Source: Bacilli bacterium
GTDB taxonomy: Bacteria > Bacillota_I > Bacilli_A > RF39 > UBA660
Reading direction: 5' to 3'
DNA length: 64,000 bases
Assembly (NCBI GenBank): GCA_017936845.1
Contig: JAGBES010000001.1
Coordinates: forward strand, 11,026 to 75,025
Shown here: in pieces, positions 55,247 through 63,779 of the stretch
Position numbering within the stretch: position 1 is the first letter of the stretch
Layout: each line of letters opens with the position of its first letter
Notes under the pieces: model-generated
Seen by the model: the letters and a program-made list of their open reading frames with translations, nothing else
What the model was told of the DNA's origin: nothing
Database searches by the model: none
Program-made: the position numbers and the translations under genes

Positions 55247-58200
55247 ATGTTAATAACATTGTATTTGTATGATAAAATATTAAAATTTAATTTACCAACT
55301 GATATATCAGGTAGTTTTTCATTCGATGAAGAAAATGAAGAAAACAAATTAATTAATATAGAGGCAAGAAATGATGGATGGTATTTATATCGAACTTCAG
55401 AAGTAAATATTTTAAATAATGGAATGATGGTAGAATCTATAATACTTGAACCTAATAAATTTTATTTTTTAGAAAGAGAAAATAGAAAATACTTACTATA
55501 TACAAGTGAAATTCCAAATGAAAATGTTTTACGATATACATATGATAAAGAATTTAATTTGTCGATAGGAAATATATCAGGTACAAATATAAATTATAAA
55601 ACAAATTTAGTTAATAATTTTTTAATAAATATATCTAAAAATCAACAAATTATATTAAATAATAAATCAAGTGTTCCTTTATACTTAAATGGTTTACTTA
55701 TAAACAATAATCAAGCAAATATTAAAATGGGTGATGAATTAGAATTTTATGGAATAAAAATTGTATTTTTAATTAATATGATAATTTTTATTGGAAATGT
55801 AAAATTACTTGATATAGATGCTGAAAGTGCTAAAATAAGACATTATTTAGTTCCAGAACAAAAAGAGCAAGTAGATGAAAAAATAAAAGATAGAGAATTA
55901 TATAGTGATAATGACTATTTTACAAAATCACCAAGATTAAGAAGATTAATAGAAAAGAAGGAAATAGAATTTAGCACTCCTCCTAAAAAGGGTGATAGTC
56001 AAGAATTACCACTCATTTTATCAATTGGTCCAATGCTTACAATGGGAATGATGTCATTTGTGACATTAGCAAATTTGATAATCCAAATAACTTCAAAACA
56101 AACAACTTTTTTTAAATCTTGGCCACAGCTGGTTACAAGTATTGTTATGTTAACTTCAATGCTTTTATGGCCATTAATAACGAAAAAATATAATAAAAAA
56201 ATGAAAGAAAAAGCACGAAAAGAAATAGTAGAAAAATATACAAAATATTTAGAAAATAAAGAAAAAGAAATAAGTGAAGAAGCTAAAATACAAGCAGTTA
56301 TTTTAAAAGAAAACTTAATAACAGTTAATGATTGTCTAAATGTAATGAAAAGAAAATCAATGAACTTTTGGGATAAAAGAATAGATCAAAATGATTTCTT
56401 AGTAGCAAGACTAGGGATTGGTAATGCACCATTAGAAGTAGAAATAAAATATCCAAAAGAGGGATTTACTATAGAGGAAGATGAATTAAAAAATAAAGCA
56501 GATAAGCTTGTAGAAAAATATAAATATATAGAAGGTGTCCCAATAGGTTATTCTTTTTATGATAATATGCTTACAGCTATAATGGGAAATAAAGAATTAA
56601 TAACTAATTTTTTAAATAATATAATTTTACAATTAATTACTTTTTATAGCTATGAAGATTTAAAAATAGTTATGTTCACGAATAATAAAAGAGAAAATGA
56701 TTGGGAATATCTAAAATATTTAAATCATTGTTTTACAAATGAAAGGGATTTTAGATTTTTCTCTACAAATAATGAAAGTGCCAAAAAAATATCAGATTAT
56801 TTGGAATATGAATTAACTAATCGTATTAATTTGAAACAGAAAATAAATAAACCTCATTATCTCATAATAGCTGATAGTTATGAAACAATAAAAAGACTTA
56901 ATTTCTTTAAAATAATGACTGAAGAAGATGAAAATTATGGATTTTCATTAATAGTACTAGAAAATCAATTAAGCAAATTACCAAGTAAATGTAATAACTT
57001 TATATCAATTGATAATAATCAATCTGTAATATTAAAAAATTCATATGAAAAGCAAGAAAAAATATTATTTAGACATGAAATATATCCTAATATAGATATG
57101 ATTAGTATTTCAAAATATTTATCAAATATACCAATTGAATTTGAAGAAGGAATGAAATCATTACCAAATTCTATAACTTTTTTAGAAATGGAAAAGGTTG
57201 GTAAAGTAGAACAGTTAAATATTTTAAATAGGTGGAATACAAATAACTCAACAGAGAGTTTAAGAGCTGAAATAGGTGTGGATGAACAAGGAGATTTAAT
57301 GTATTTAGATCTTCATGAAAAGTATCATGGACCACATGGCTTAATAGCAGGTATGACAGGTAGTGGTAAGTCAGAATTTATTATAACTTATATATTATCG
57401 ATGTCAATTAATTATAGTCCAGATGATGTTTCTTTTATTCTAATAGATTATAAAGGTGGAGGTTTAGCATTCGCATTTGAAAATAAAGCAACTGGGGCAA
57501 TATTGCCACATTTAGCAGGAACGATAACAAATCTAGATAAAGCTGAAATGAATAGAACTTTAGTAAGTATTGACAGTGAAATAAAAAGAAGACAGAAAAT
57601 ATTTAATGAAGCAAGGGATTTATTAGGCGAAAGTACAATTGATATATATAAATATCAAAGATTCTTTAAAGAAGGAAAACTAAAAGAACCTGTACCACAT
57701 TTATTTATAATATGTGATGAGTTTGCAGAATTAAAAAGTCAGCAACCAGAATTTATGGATAATTTAATTAGTGTAGCAAGAATTGGAAGAAGTTTAGGAG
57801 TACATTTAATACTAGCAACTCAAAAACCGAGTGGAGTTGTAAATGATCAAATTTGGTCAAATACAAAATTTAGAGTATGTTTAAAAGTTCAAGATGAATC
57901 AGATAGTAAAGAAATGTTAAAAAGACCAGAAGCAGCTGGTATTAAACAAACTGGTAGATTTTATTTACAAGTGGGTTATAATGAATATTTTGCTTTAGGT
58001 CAATCTGCATGGTGTGGTGCTAAATATTATCCATCTGATAAAATTGTAAAACAAGTTGATAAAAGTATTAATTTCATAAATGATTGTGGTCAATATATAA
58101 AAAGTATTCAAGCTTCAAATAATATAAAAATACAAGCGCAAGGTGAACAATTGGCTGCTATTATGAATTCTATAATTGATGTTTCAAATCAGGTAGGTAA

Positions 58201-59794
58201 AAAATCTAGAAAGTTGTGGTTAGACAATATTGAACCTGTAATAACTATAGATGCATTAGAAAAAAAATATAATTATCAAAGAAAAAATGACACAGTTGAA
58301 GTTATTTTAGGAGAATTTGATGCTCCTGAAAATCAAATGCAGGATTTAGTAAAATATAATTACTTAAAAGATGGAAATACTATTATCTATGGAAATGATG
58401 GTAGTGAAAATGAAATGATGTTAAATACAATTATTTATTCTACAGTAAAAAATTATACATCTAATTATATTAATTATTATATAATTGATTATGGTTCAGA
58501 ATCATTAAGAAAATATACTAAATTACCTCATGTTGGAGGCGTTGTATTTGCTGGAGAAGATGAGGAATATAATAATTTAATGAAACTTATAAAAGAAGAA
58601 ATAAAAACACGAAAGAAGCTATTTTCAAATTATGGTGGAGAATATATAAATTATATAAAAAATTCAGGTAACTATTTACCAATAAAAGTTGTAATTATAA
58701 ATAATTATGATTCTGTATATGAATCAAATCAAACTATATATGAAGAATTACCTGAAATGATAAGAGATTCTGAAAGATTTGGGTTTGTATTTATAATTAC
58801 AGGATCAGCAGTTAATTCAGTACATAATAAAATTGTTACAGCTTGTAATAATTTCTACGCTTTTAAAGTGAAAGATATAGCTGATTATAATTCTATTTTT
58901 GGAATTAGGGTTAAAGATGGACCAATTGATAATTTTGGTAGAGGGTTATTAAAAACTGATAGTGTTCATTCTTTCCAAACAGCATCTATAATAAATGACA
59001 AAGAAAAACAAAATGAATATTTACAACAATTTATTGAACAACAAAAACAATATAATAATATAAAAGCAGAAATGATACCAGTATTACCAGAATATGTTAG
59101 ATATGATAATATTAAAAATTATATAAAAACAATTACAAGTATTCCAATTGGTATAAGTAAAACAGAATTAGAAATTGTTAATTTTGAATTAAGTAACAAT
59201 ATAGGAAATATAATATCGTCGAATAGAATTCAAAATACTGAAAAGTTTTGCATGAGTTTAATTTCTATATTAATGCTATTTAAAAATTCAAATTTAATCA
59301 TAATAGATTCAAATAATAGTCTTGCAAAATATAGTCAAAAACTAAATAACTATTATAATAGTAATTTAGATGAATTAATTGATAATATGATAAATAAAAT
59401 AAGAAAATTGATAGAAGAAAAAAGTAATCAATCAGGTATAATATTTATTTATAATATGAGCAAATTTATAAAAAAAGTAAATGACAATACAAAAATTAAT
59501 GAATTATTTAATTTGGTAAAAGAATATGAAAAAATGACTGTTATAGTAGCTGATGGTGCAAATCAATTAAAAAATTTTGCTTATGAAACTTGGTTTACAA
59601 GTGTCTTTAATACAGCAGATGGTATTTGGATAGGAAAAGGAATATCAAATCAAAGTTTATTTAGACTTACAAATGTAACTAAAGATATGACTTTAGATTG
59701 CAAAAATGATATGGGATATGTTTTATTTGATGGTCAAGGAGAACTTTGTAGATTAATAGATTTTATTAGTGTAGAAGGTGAAGAAAATGGATAG
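55247..59794 (+). CDS. essC: T7SSb ATPase EssC (FtsK/SpoIIIE family, tandem N-terminal FHA domains)
   Basis: 1515 aa. N-terminal FHA-like repeats, two TM helices (LILSIGPMLTMGMMSFVTLANLII; LVTSIVMLTSMLLWPLI), first ATPase domain GMTGSGKSEF / IICDEFAEL, and two further degenerate P-loop domains. Confidence 0.92.
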   Translation: MLITLYLYDKILKFNLPTDISGSFSFDEENEENKLINIEARNDGWYLYRTSEVNILNNGMMVESIILEPNKFYFLERENRKYLLYTSEIPNENVLRYTYDKEFNLSIGNISGTNINYKTNLVNNFLINISKNQQIILNNKSSVPLYLNGLLINNNQANIKMGDELEFYGIKIVFLINMIIFIGNVKLLDIDAESAKIRHYLVPEQKEQVDEKIKDRELYSDNDYFTKSPRLRRLIEKKEIEFSTPPKKGDSQELPLILSIGPMLTMGMMSFVTLANLIIQITSKQTTFFKSWPQLVTSIVMLTSMLLWPLITKKYNKKMKEKARKEIVEKYTKYLENKEKEISEEAKIQAVILKENLITVNDCLNVMKRKSMNFWDKRIDQNDFLVARLGIGNAPLEVEIKYPKEGFTIEEDELKNKADKLVEKYKYIEGVPIGYSFYDNMLTAIMGNKELITNFLNNIILQLITFYSYEDLKIVMFTNNKRENDWEYLKYLNHCFTNERDFRFFSTNNESAKKISDYLEYELTNRINLKQKINKPHYLIIADSYETIKRLNFFKIMTEEDENYGFSLIVLENQLSKLPSKCNNFISIDNNQSVILKNSYEKQEKILFRHEIYPNIDMISISKYLSNIPIEFEEGMKSLPNSITFLEMEKVGKVEQLNILNRWNTNNSTESLRAEIGVDEQGDLMYLDLHEKYHGPHGLIAGMTGSGKSEFIITYILSMSINYSPDDVSFILIDYKGGGLAFAFENKATGAILPHLAGTITNLDKAEMNRTLVSIDSEIKRRQKIFNEARDLLGESTIDIYKYQRFFKEGKLKEPVPHLFIICDEFAELKSQQPEFMDNLISVARIGRSLGVHLILATQKPSGVVNDQIWSNTKFRVCLKVQDESDSKEMLKRPEAAGIKQTGRFYLQVGYNEYFALGQSAWCGAKYYPSDKIVKQVDKSINFINDCGQYIKSIQASNNIKIQAQGEQLAAIMNSIIDVSNQVGKKSRKLWLDNIEPVITIDALEKKYNYQRKNDTVEVILGEFDAPENQMQDLVKYNYLKDGNTIIYGNDGSENEMMLNTIIYSTVKNYTSNYINYYIIDYGSESLRKYTKLPHVGGVVFAGEDEEYNNLMKLIKEEIKTRKKLFSNYGGEYINYIKNSGNYLPIKVVIINNYDSVYESNQTIYEELPEMIRDSERFGFVFIITGSAVNSVHNKIVTACNNFYAFKVKDIADYNSIFGIRVKDGPIDNFGRGLLKTDSVHSFQTASIINDKEKQNEYLQQFIEQQKQYNNIKAEMIPVLPEYVRYDNIKNYIKTITSIPIGISKTELEIVNFELSNNIGNIISSNRIQNTEKFCMSLISILMLFKNSNLIIIDSNNSLAKYSQKLNNYYNSNLDELIDNMINKIRKLIEEKSNQSGIIFIYNMSKFIKKVNDNTKINELFNLVKEYEKMTVIVADGANQLKNFAYETWFTSVFNTADGIWIGKGISNQSLFRLTNVTKDMTLDCKNDMGYVLFDGQGELCRLIDFISVEGEENG

Positions 59795-60047
59795 TAAAGT
59801 ATTAATAAAATTAATTGTTTATGAAATGAATTCTTCATTTGATGTTTTTATTCCTGTTAATGAGTATATATGGAAGATAAAAAAATTATTAGTAAAATCA
59901 ATAGGTGACCTAAATAATATAAGAATTGATATAAATAAAGAATGCATATTACTAAATAAAGATAATAATAAAATATATTCCAATAATGATATTGTTATAG
60001 ATACAGATATTAGAAATGGTACTGAAATTGTATTAATGTTTAGGTAG
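59787..60047 (+). CDS. esaB: EsaB/YukD-like ubiquitin-fold T7SS protein
   Basis: 86 aa. The pattern FDVFIPVNEYIWKIKKLL...ILLNKDNNKIYSNNDIVIDTDIRNGTEIVLM fits the YukD family. The ATG overlaps the essC stop (ATGGATAG). Confidence 0.75.
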   Translation: MDSKVLIKLIVYEMNSSFDVFIPVNEYIWKIKKLLVKSIGDLNNIRIDINKECILLNKDNNKIYSNNDIVIDTDIRNGTEIVLMFR

Positions 60048-60055
60048 GTGATAAA

Positions 60056-60334
60056 ATGAAATATGAAAAATATTTACCAATAGGTACAGTTGTTTTACTT
60101 AAAGGTGGAACTAAAAGAGTTATGATAACAGGATTTTGTGTTATGAGTTCCCAAAATAATAAAATATATGATTATACAGGATGTTTATATCCCGAAGGAT
60201 ATGTAAGCCAAAATAATGTTATGCTGTTTGATCATAATCAAATTGATAAAATATATTATCTTGGTTTATCTGATAATGAAGAAAAAATGTTTAAGCAAAA
60301 ATTAAATGAAGTAATAAATGAAAGTGTAAAGTAG
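60056..60334 (+). CDS. DUF4176-family protein (intact paralog)
   Basis: MKYEKYLPIGTVVLLKGGTKRVMITGF...YDYTGCLYPEGY...FDHNQIDKIYYLGL matches my recollection of the DUF4176 pattern that recurs in Firmicute T7SS loci. Confidence 0.7.
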   Translation: MKYEKYLPIGTVVLLKGGTKRVMITGFCVMSSQNNKIYDYTGCLYPEGYVSQNNVMLFDHNQIDKIYYLGLSDNEEKMFKQKLNEVINESVK

Positions 60335-60415
60335 TTAAAAGATGTTTGACATAAACATCTTTTATATTGTATAATTTTATTAGATAGTAAGACTATCATA
60401 GGGAGGGTGAAAAAT

Positions 60416-61060
60416 ATGGCAATGACAGGATTTAATCCAGAAGCTGCTAGAATGTCAATTAATGGTATTATTAATAGTTACAAAGAATTGAGAGTTGCAA
60501 TGTGTAATGATATGCAAACAAAATTTGTAGGAGGTATGGCTGATAAATGGAGTTGTAATCAAGCTATTTCATTCTTTGCCGCATTTAAAGAAGCAGATAA
60601 TAGCTTATTAACTTCAATTAATACAATATTTGAAAGTGTTGTAAATTCAATGAATAGTGCTGCTCAACGTTGGGCTGCAAACACTAATTCGTCATGGACA
60701 AATGTTGCATTTTCATTAGAAACATCAACAATTTCAGTTGATTCAATTGTTGAAAATATTGGTGGTATAAGAGGTATTGATATTGAAAATACACCAGCAG
60801 TAGTATCAACTTTAGATGTTGTACAATCAAGTGCTAATCAAGCTTTACAAAACGCTATAAGAGCTGTTGAAAATTGTGGGTTTTTAGATGCTTCATCAAA
60901 TCAACAAGCAAATTTAACAGCATCATTAAATACAATTTCTTCAAATATTAATAGAGCTGTTGAACAATTTAAAGCAGATGTATCTAAAGCTATTAATGAA
61001 ACAATTTCGGCTTATGGTGATACTAAAGGTGCTATAGCAAACGCATTTTCTGCACAATAA
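60416..61060 (+). CDS. WXG100-like (ESAT-6/EsxA-like) helical hairpin with ~115-aa C-terminal extension; putative T7SS substrate
   Basis: RBS GGGAGGG precedes the ATG at 60416. MAMTGFNPEAARMSINGI...MADKWSCNQAISFFAAFKEA aligns with the EsxA pattern MAMIKMSPEEIRAKS...AANWEGQAFSRFEEQF. Trp is at position 45 and W-S-C replaces W-x-G. Confidence 0.55.
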   Translation: MAMTGFNPEAARMSINGIINSYKELRVAMCNDMQTKFVGGMADKWSCNQAISFFAAFKEADNSLLTSINTIFESVVNSMNSAAQRWAANTNSSWTNVAFSLETSTISVDSIVENIGGIRGIDIENTPAVVSTLDVVQSSANQALQNAIRAVENCGFLDASSNQQANLTASLNTISSNINRAVEQFKADVSKAINETISAYGDTKGAIANAFSAQ

Positions 61061-61117
61061 TTTAGAAAATTAGTTTTTCTAAATATATGTATATTAGTTT
61101 ATAGTATACATATATTT
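61061..61117 (+). terminator. Two consecutive hairpins after the WXG-like gene
   Basis: TTTAGAAAA-ttagt-TTTTCTAAA is followed by the perfect 13-bp inverted repeat AAATATATGTATA-(11 nt)-TATACATATATTT. Confidence 0.45.
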
Positions 61118-61133
61118 GGAAAAAAGGTGGACT

Positions 61134-61688
61134 ATGAAAATAAATGTTCAAAATTTAAAAAATGATTTATTAAAGTTAAATAAATTAATTGAGGATTATG
61201 AGAATAATTATTTAAATATATATAAAGAAATGTCACAAATTTCTTTTTTTTGGAATGATGCAATTTCTAAAAAATTCTTCAAAGAATTAGAATTAGAAAA
61301 AATAAAAATAATGGATAATATTAATGAAATAAAAGAATTAAAAAGTATTTACTTTTTAATTGTTGAAAAATATGAAAAATTAGGAAATAATATAAAAGTA
61401 AATTTAAAAAATAAAGATAGTGTTTTAAGTTTAATAAATAGGTATTATAATAAAGTAAACGAAATATTTCAATATTATTCAAATTTAAATCTATATAATA
61501 TTGATTATAAAATACAAAATAGTATATATAATGAAAAACTAAAAGTAAAGGAAATATTAAAAAACATAGAACATATAAAAGATGAATTTAAAGATAAAAT
61601 GAATACAATAGAACAAATAGAAATTAGTATAAAAAATAAAATTAATTCTATAAATATAAGTTATTTTAAAGAAATAGAGGTTTTATAA
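61134..61688 (+). CDS. Coiled-coil protein with WXG-like turn (W-N-D at residue 40); T7SS-associated candidate
   Basis: MKINVQNLKNDLLKLNKLIEDYENNYLNIYKEMSQISFFWNDAISKKFF has a helix of ~40 aa, then Trp-x-x-A-x-S-x-x-F as in WXG100/LXG N-termini. The rest is Lys/Asn/Glu coiled coil. Confidence 0.4.
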   Translation: MKINVQNLKNDLLKLNKLIEDYENNYLNIYKEMSQISFFWNDAISKKFFKELELEKIKIMDNINEIKELKSIYFLIVEKYEKLGNNIKVNLKNKDSVLSLINRYYNKVNEIFQYYSNLNLYNIDYKIQNSIYNEKLKVKEILKNIEHIKDEFKDKMNTIEQIEISIKNKINSINISYFKEIEVL

Positions 61689-61689
61689 T

Positions 61690-61986
61690 ATGAATTATGG
61701 AATAGATGAAGTTCAATTAAATAATAATTTAGAAAAAATAAAATTTTATAAAAGAGAAGAAATACAGAATTTTCTAGAAATAGATGATTTGTTATTAAAT
61801 ATAAATAATAATTATAAAACAGATAATATTAATAGATTAAGTGAATTAGAATTAGAAATTTCAAATAAATTAAAAAAAATAATTAATTCTCATGATATAG
61901 AAATAATGCTTATTCATAAAAGAATAGAAGATTATATGAAAACAGCTAAAGAAGTAGCAAATATTTTATCAAATAGTGGTGATTAA
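61690..61986 (+). CDS. Small helical protein (T7SS accessory/chaperone candidate)
   Basis: 98 aa, predicted all-helical, tightly packed after the previous gene (2-nt gap). No family recognised. Confidence 0.35.
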   Translation: MNYGIDEVQLNNNLEKIKFYKREEIQNFLEIDDLLLNINNNYKTDNINRLSELELEISNKLKKIINSHDIEIMLIHKRIEDYMKTAKEVANILSNSGD

Positions 61987-61987
61987 A

Positions 61988-62221
61988 ATGAATGAAAAAA
62001 GTATATATATAAAATTAAAAAATGATTTATATTTTATAAGAAAAAAAATAAATGATCTAGATGATATTCATGATGAATTATTATCAACTATGAAAGAAGT
62101 ATTATTAATTGATAATAATGTTATATGTAATGAAGAAATTTATAATAATAAAAAAAATATAAAATTTATAAATAACGATATAGTTAATTATGTTATACCA
62201 TTTATAAATAATAAAATTTAA
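61988..62221 (+). CDS. Small helical protein (T7SS accessory candidate)
   Basis: 77 aa from the ATG at 61988 (RBS GGTGA). Last gene before the infC promoter. Confidence 0.35.
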   Translation: MNEKSIYIKLKNDLYFIRKKINDLDDIHDELLSTMKEVLLIDNNVICNEEIYNNKKNIKFINNDIVNYVIPFINNKI

Positions 62222-62238
62222 AAAAGTAATAAAATTTA

Positions 62239-62267
62239 TTGACAAACATATATTTAATATGTATAAT
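62239..62267 (+). promoter_or_regulatory. Sigma-A promoter of the infC-rpmI-rplT operon
   Basis: TTGACA, 17 nt, TATAAT (consensus). Confidence 0.75.
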
Positions 62268-62274
62268 GGAAAAG

Positions 62275-62396
62275 AAAACGAAAAAAGGAAAGTGATGTAT
62301 CCACATCCACCCGATTACTTTAAGTTTTGGGTATAAAGCCATTAATAAAATATTAATATGCTTTTTAAGTGGATACATTGTGTATTCACTTTTTTA
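62275..62396 (+). promoter_or_regulatory. Putative L20-responsive ribosomal-protein leader with intrinsic terminator (attenuator)
   Basis: A ~120-nt leader lies between the consensus promoter and infC. It ends in the hairpin AGTGGATACA-ttg-TGTATTCACT (62368-62390) plus a T-run directly abutting the infC RBS. Firmicute infC operons are known to be controlled by an L20 leader acting through transcription attenuation. Confidence 0.5.
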
Positions 62397-62410
62397 TGGA
62401 GGTGTCAGGT

Positions 62411-62941
62411 ATCGCAAGTAAAGATAAAGAATTGTATATTAATGAACAAATTCGTGCTAGAGAAGTAATGGTTATTGGACCACATGGAGAACAGTTAGGT
62501 GTAAAACCTATAAAAGATGCTCTTACATTAGCAAATTATGCTGGATTTGATTTAGTATTAATTAGTCCTAATGCTAATCCACAAGTTTGTAAAATAATGG
62601 ATTATAATAAATATAAATATGAATCTAAAAAAAGACAAAAAGAAAATATAAAAAAACAAAGAGAGTCAAATTTAGATATAAAAGAGTATAGATTATCTGT
62701 TACAATTGATAAGCATGATTTTGATACAAGAGTACGCAATTCATCTAAATATTTAGAAAAAGGTCATAAAATAAAGGTTTCTATTCGTTTTAAAGGTAGA
62801 GAATTGGCTCATCCAGAATTAGGTAAAGAAGTACTTTTAAGATTCGCTAAAGAAGTAGAAGATATTGCTATAATGGATGGTCAACCTAAATTAGAAGGTA
62901 AATTTATGACAATGATGCTAATACCAAATAAGGAAAAATAG
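62411..62941 (+). CDS. infC: Translation initiation factor IF-3, probable non-AUG (AUC) start
   Basis: IASKDKELYINEQIRAREVMVIGPHGEQLG... is typical IF-3. GGAGG at 62397-62401 is spaced for the ATC at 62411. The in-frame ATG at 62396 has no SD and abuts the terminator T-run. Atypical infC start codons are a known autoregulatory feature. Confidence 0.85.
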   Translation: MASKDKELYINEQIRAREVMVIGPHGEQLGVKPIKDALTLANYAGFDLVLISPNANPQVCKIMDYNKYKYESKKRQKENIKKQRESNLDIKEYRLSVTIDKHDFDTRVRNSSKYLEKGHKIKVSIRFKGRELAHPELGKEVLLRFAKEVEDIAIMDGQPKLEGKFMTMMLIPNKEK

Positions 62942-62951
62942 GAGGAATAAT

Positions 62952-63137
62952 ATGCCAAAATTAAAAACACATAAAGGATCAGCAAAAGTTTTCAAAGCAA
63001 GAAAAAACGATTATAAAATAGGTACACCAGGTTCAAGACATAATACAGGTAAGAAAAATGCTGCATCTAATAGAAAAAGTAGATCAGGATCAGCATTAAG
63101 TAATTCAGATTATAAGAGATTAAAAAATTTAATATAG
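62952..63137 (+). CDS. rpmI: 50S ribosomal protein L35
   Basis: [15 protein letters not shown]... is a typical L35 N-terminus. 61 aa. Confidence 0.93.
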   Translation: MPKLKTHKGSAKVFKARKNDYKIGTPGSRHNTGKKNAASNRKSRSGSALSNSDYKRLKNLI

Positions 63138-63150
63138 TAGGAGGAATAAT

Positions 63151-63705
63151 ATGACAAGAGTTAAAGGTGGAACAATTCATCGTGCAAGAAGAAAAAAAGT
63201 AATGAAGAGAGCCAAAGGTTACTTTGGAAGTAAACATAGATTATATAAAACTGCTAAAGAACAAGTAATGCATTCATTAAAATATGCTTATAGAGATAGA
63301 AGACAAAAGAAAAGAGATTTTAGAAAATTATGGATAACAAGAATTAATGCAGCTTGTAGACAAAATGATATAAGTTATTCAAAATTTATAAATGGTTTAT
63401 CAATAGCAGGTGTAACAATTAACCGTAAAATGTTATCAGAAATAGCAATAGATAATCCAAAAAGCTTTACAGATTTAGTTGAAATAGCAAAATCTGCTTT
63501 AAATGGAAATTTAAAACCAGAAGTAAAAGAAACAAAAAAAGCAACTAAAGAAACAAAAACTTCAAAAGTTGAAGAAACAAAAGCAGAAGTAAAAGAAGAT
63601 TTATCTAAAATGACAGTTGCAGAACTTCGTGAGATTGCTAAAAACAAAGGAATTAATGGAGTTTCTACAATGAAAAAAGCAGAATTATTAGAAGCATTAA
63701 AATAA
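63151..63705 (+). CDS. rplT: 50S ribosomal protein L20 with ~65-aa C-terminal extension (Lys/Glu/Thr linker + Rho_N/SAP-like helix-loop-helix)
   Basis: Residues 1-~118 are canonical L20 ([39 protein letters not shown]...). The extension is [63 protein letters not shown]. Confidence 0.9.
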   Translation: MTRVKGGTIHRARRKKVMKRAKGYFGSKHRLYKTAKEQVMHSLKYAYRDRRQKKRDFRKLWITRINAACRQNDISYSKFINGLSIAGVTINRKMLSEIAIDNPKSFTDLVEIAKSALNGNLKPEVKETKKATKETKTSKVEETKAEVKEDLSKMTVAELREIAKNKGINGVSTMKKAELLEALK

Positions 63706-63730
63706 AATACTTAAATTTAAGTATTTTTTC
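63705..63730 (+). terminator. Intrinsic terminator after rplT
   Basis: Palindromic hairpin AAATACTTAAA/TTTAAGTATTT followed by a T-run. Confidence 0.65.
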
Positions 63731-63779
63731 TTTTTTGAAAAAATATATGGTATAATATATCAACAAAAGGAATGATGTT

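Noticed and set aside
2280-63647. Short ORFs lying antisense to or nested inside long, well-supported genes. Track coordinates: 2280..2465, 3919..4152, 4818..5042, 5718..6098, 8769..8981, 10564..10779, 11174..11485, 12400..12714, 19087..19287, 22237..22440, 23346..23540, 24855..25046, 25079..25300, 25428..25622, 29998..30372, 31424..31630, 35592..35786, 42589..42861, 43114..43329, 45524..45820, 45607..45816, 50520..50843, 54953..55144 as an independent gene, 63375..63647
   Set aside because: They fully overlap genes with clear family signatures and lack RBSs. Their translations are low-complexity Ile/Phe/Leu/Ser-rich, as expected from shadow frames in very AT-rich DNA. The exception is 54953..55144, which is kept as the downstream half of a frameshifted DUF4176 pseudogene.
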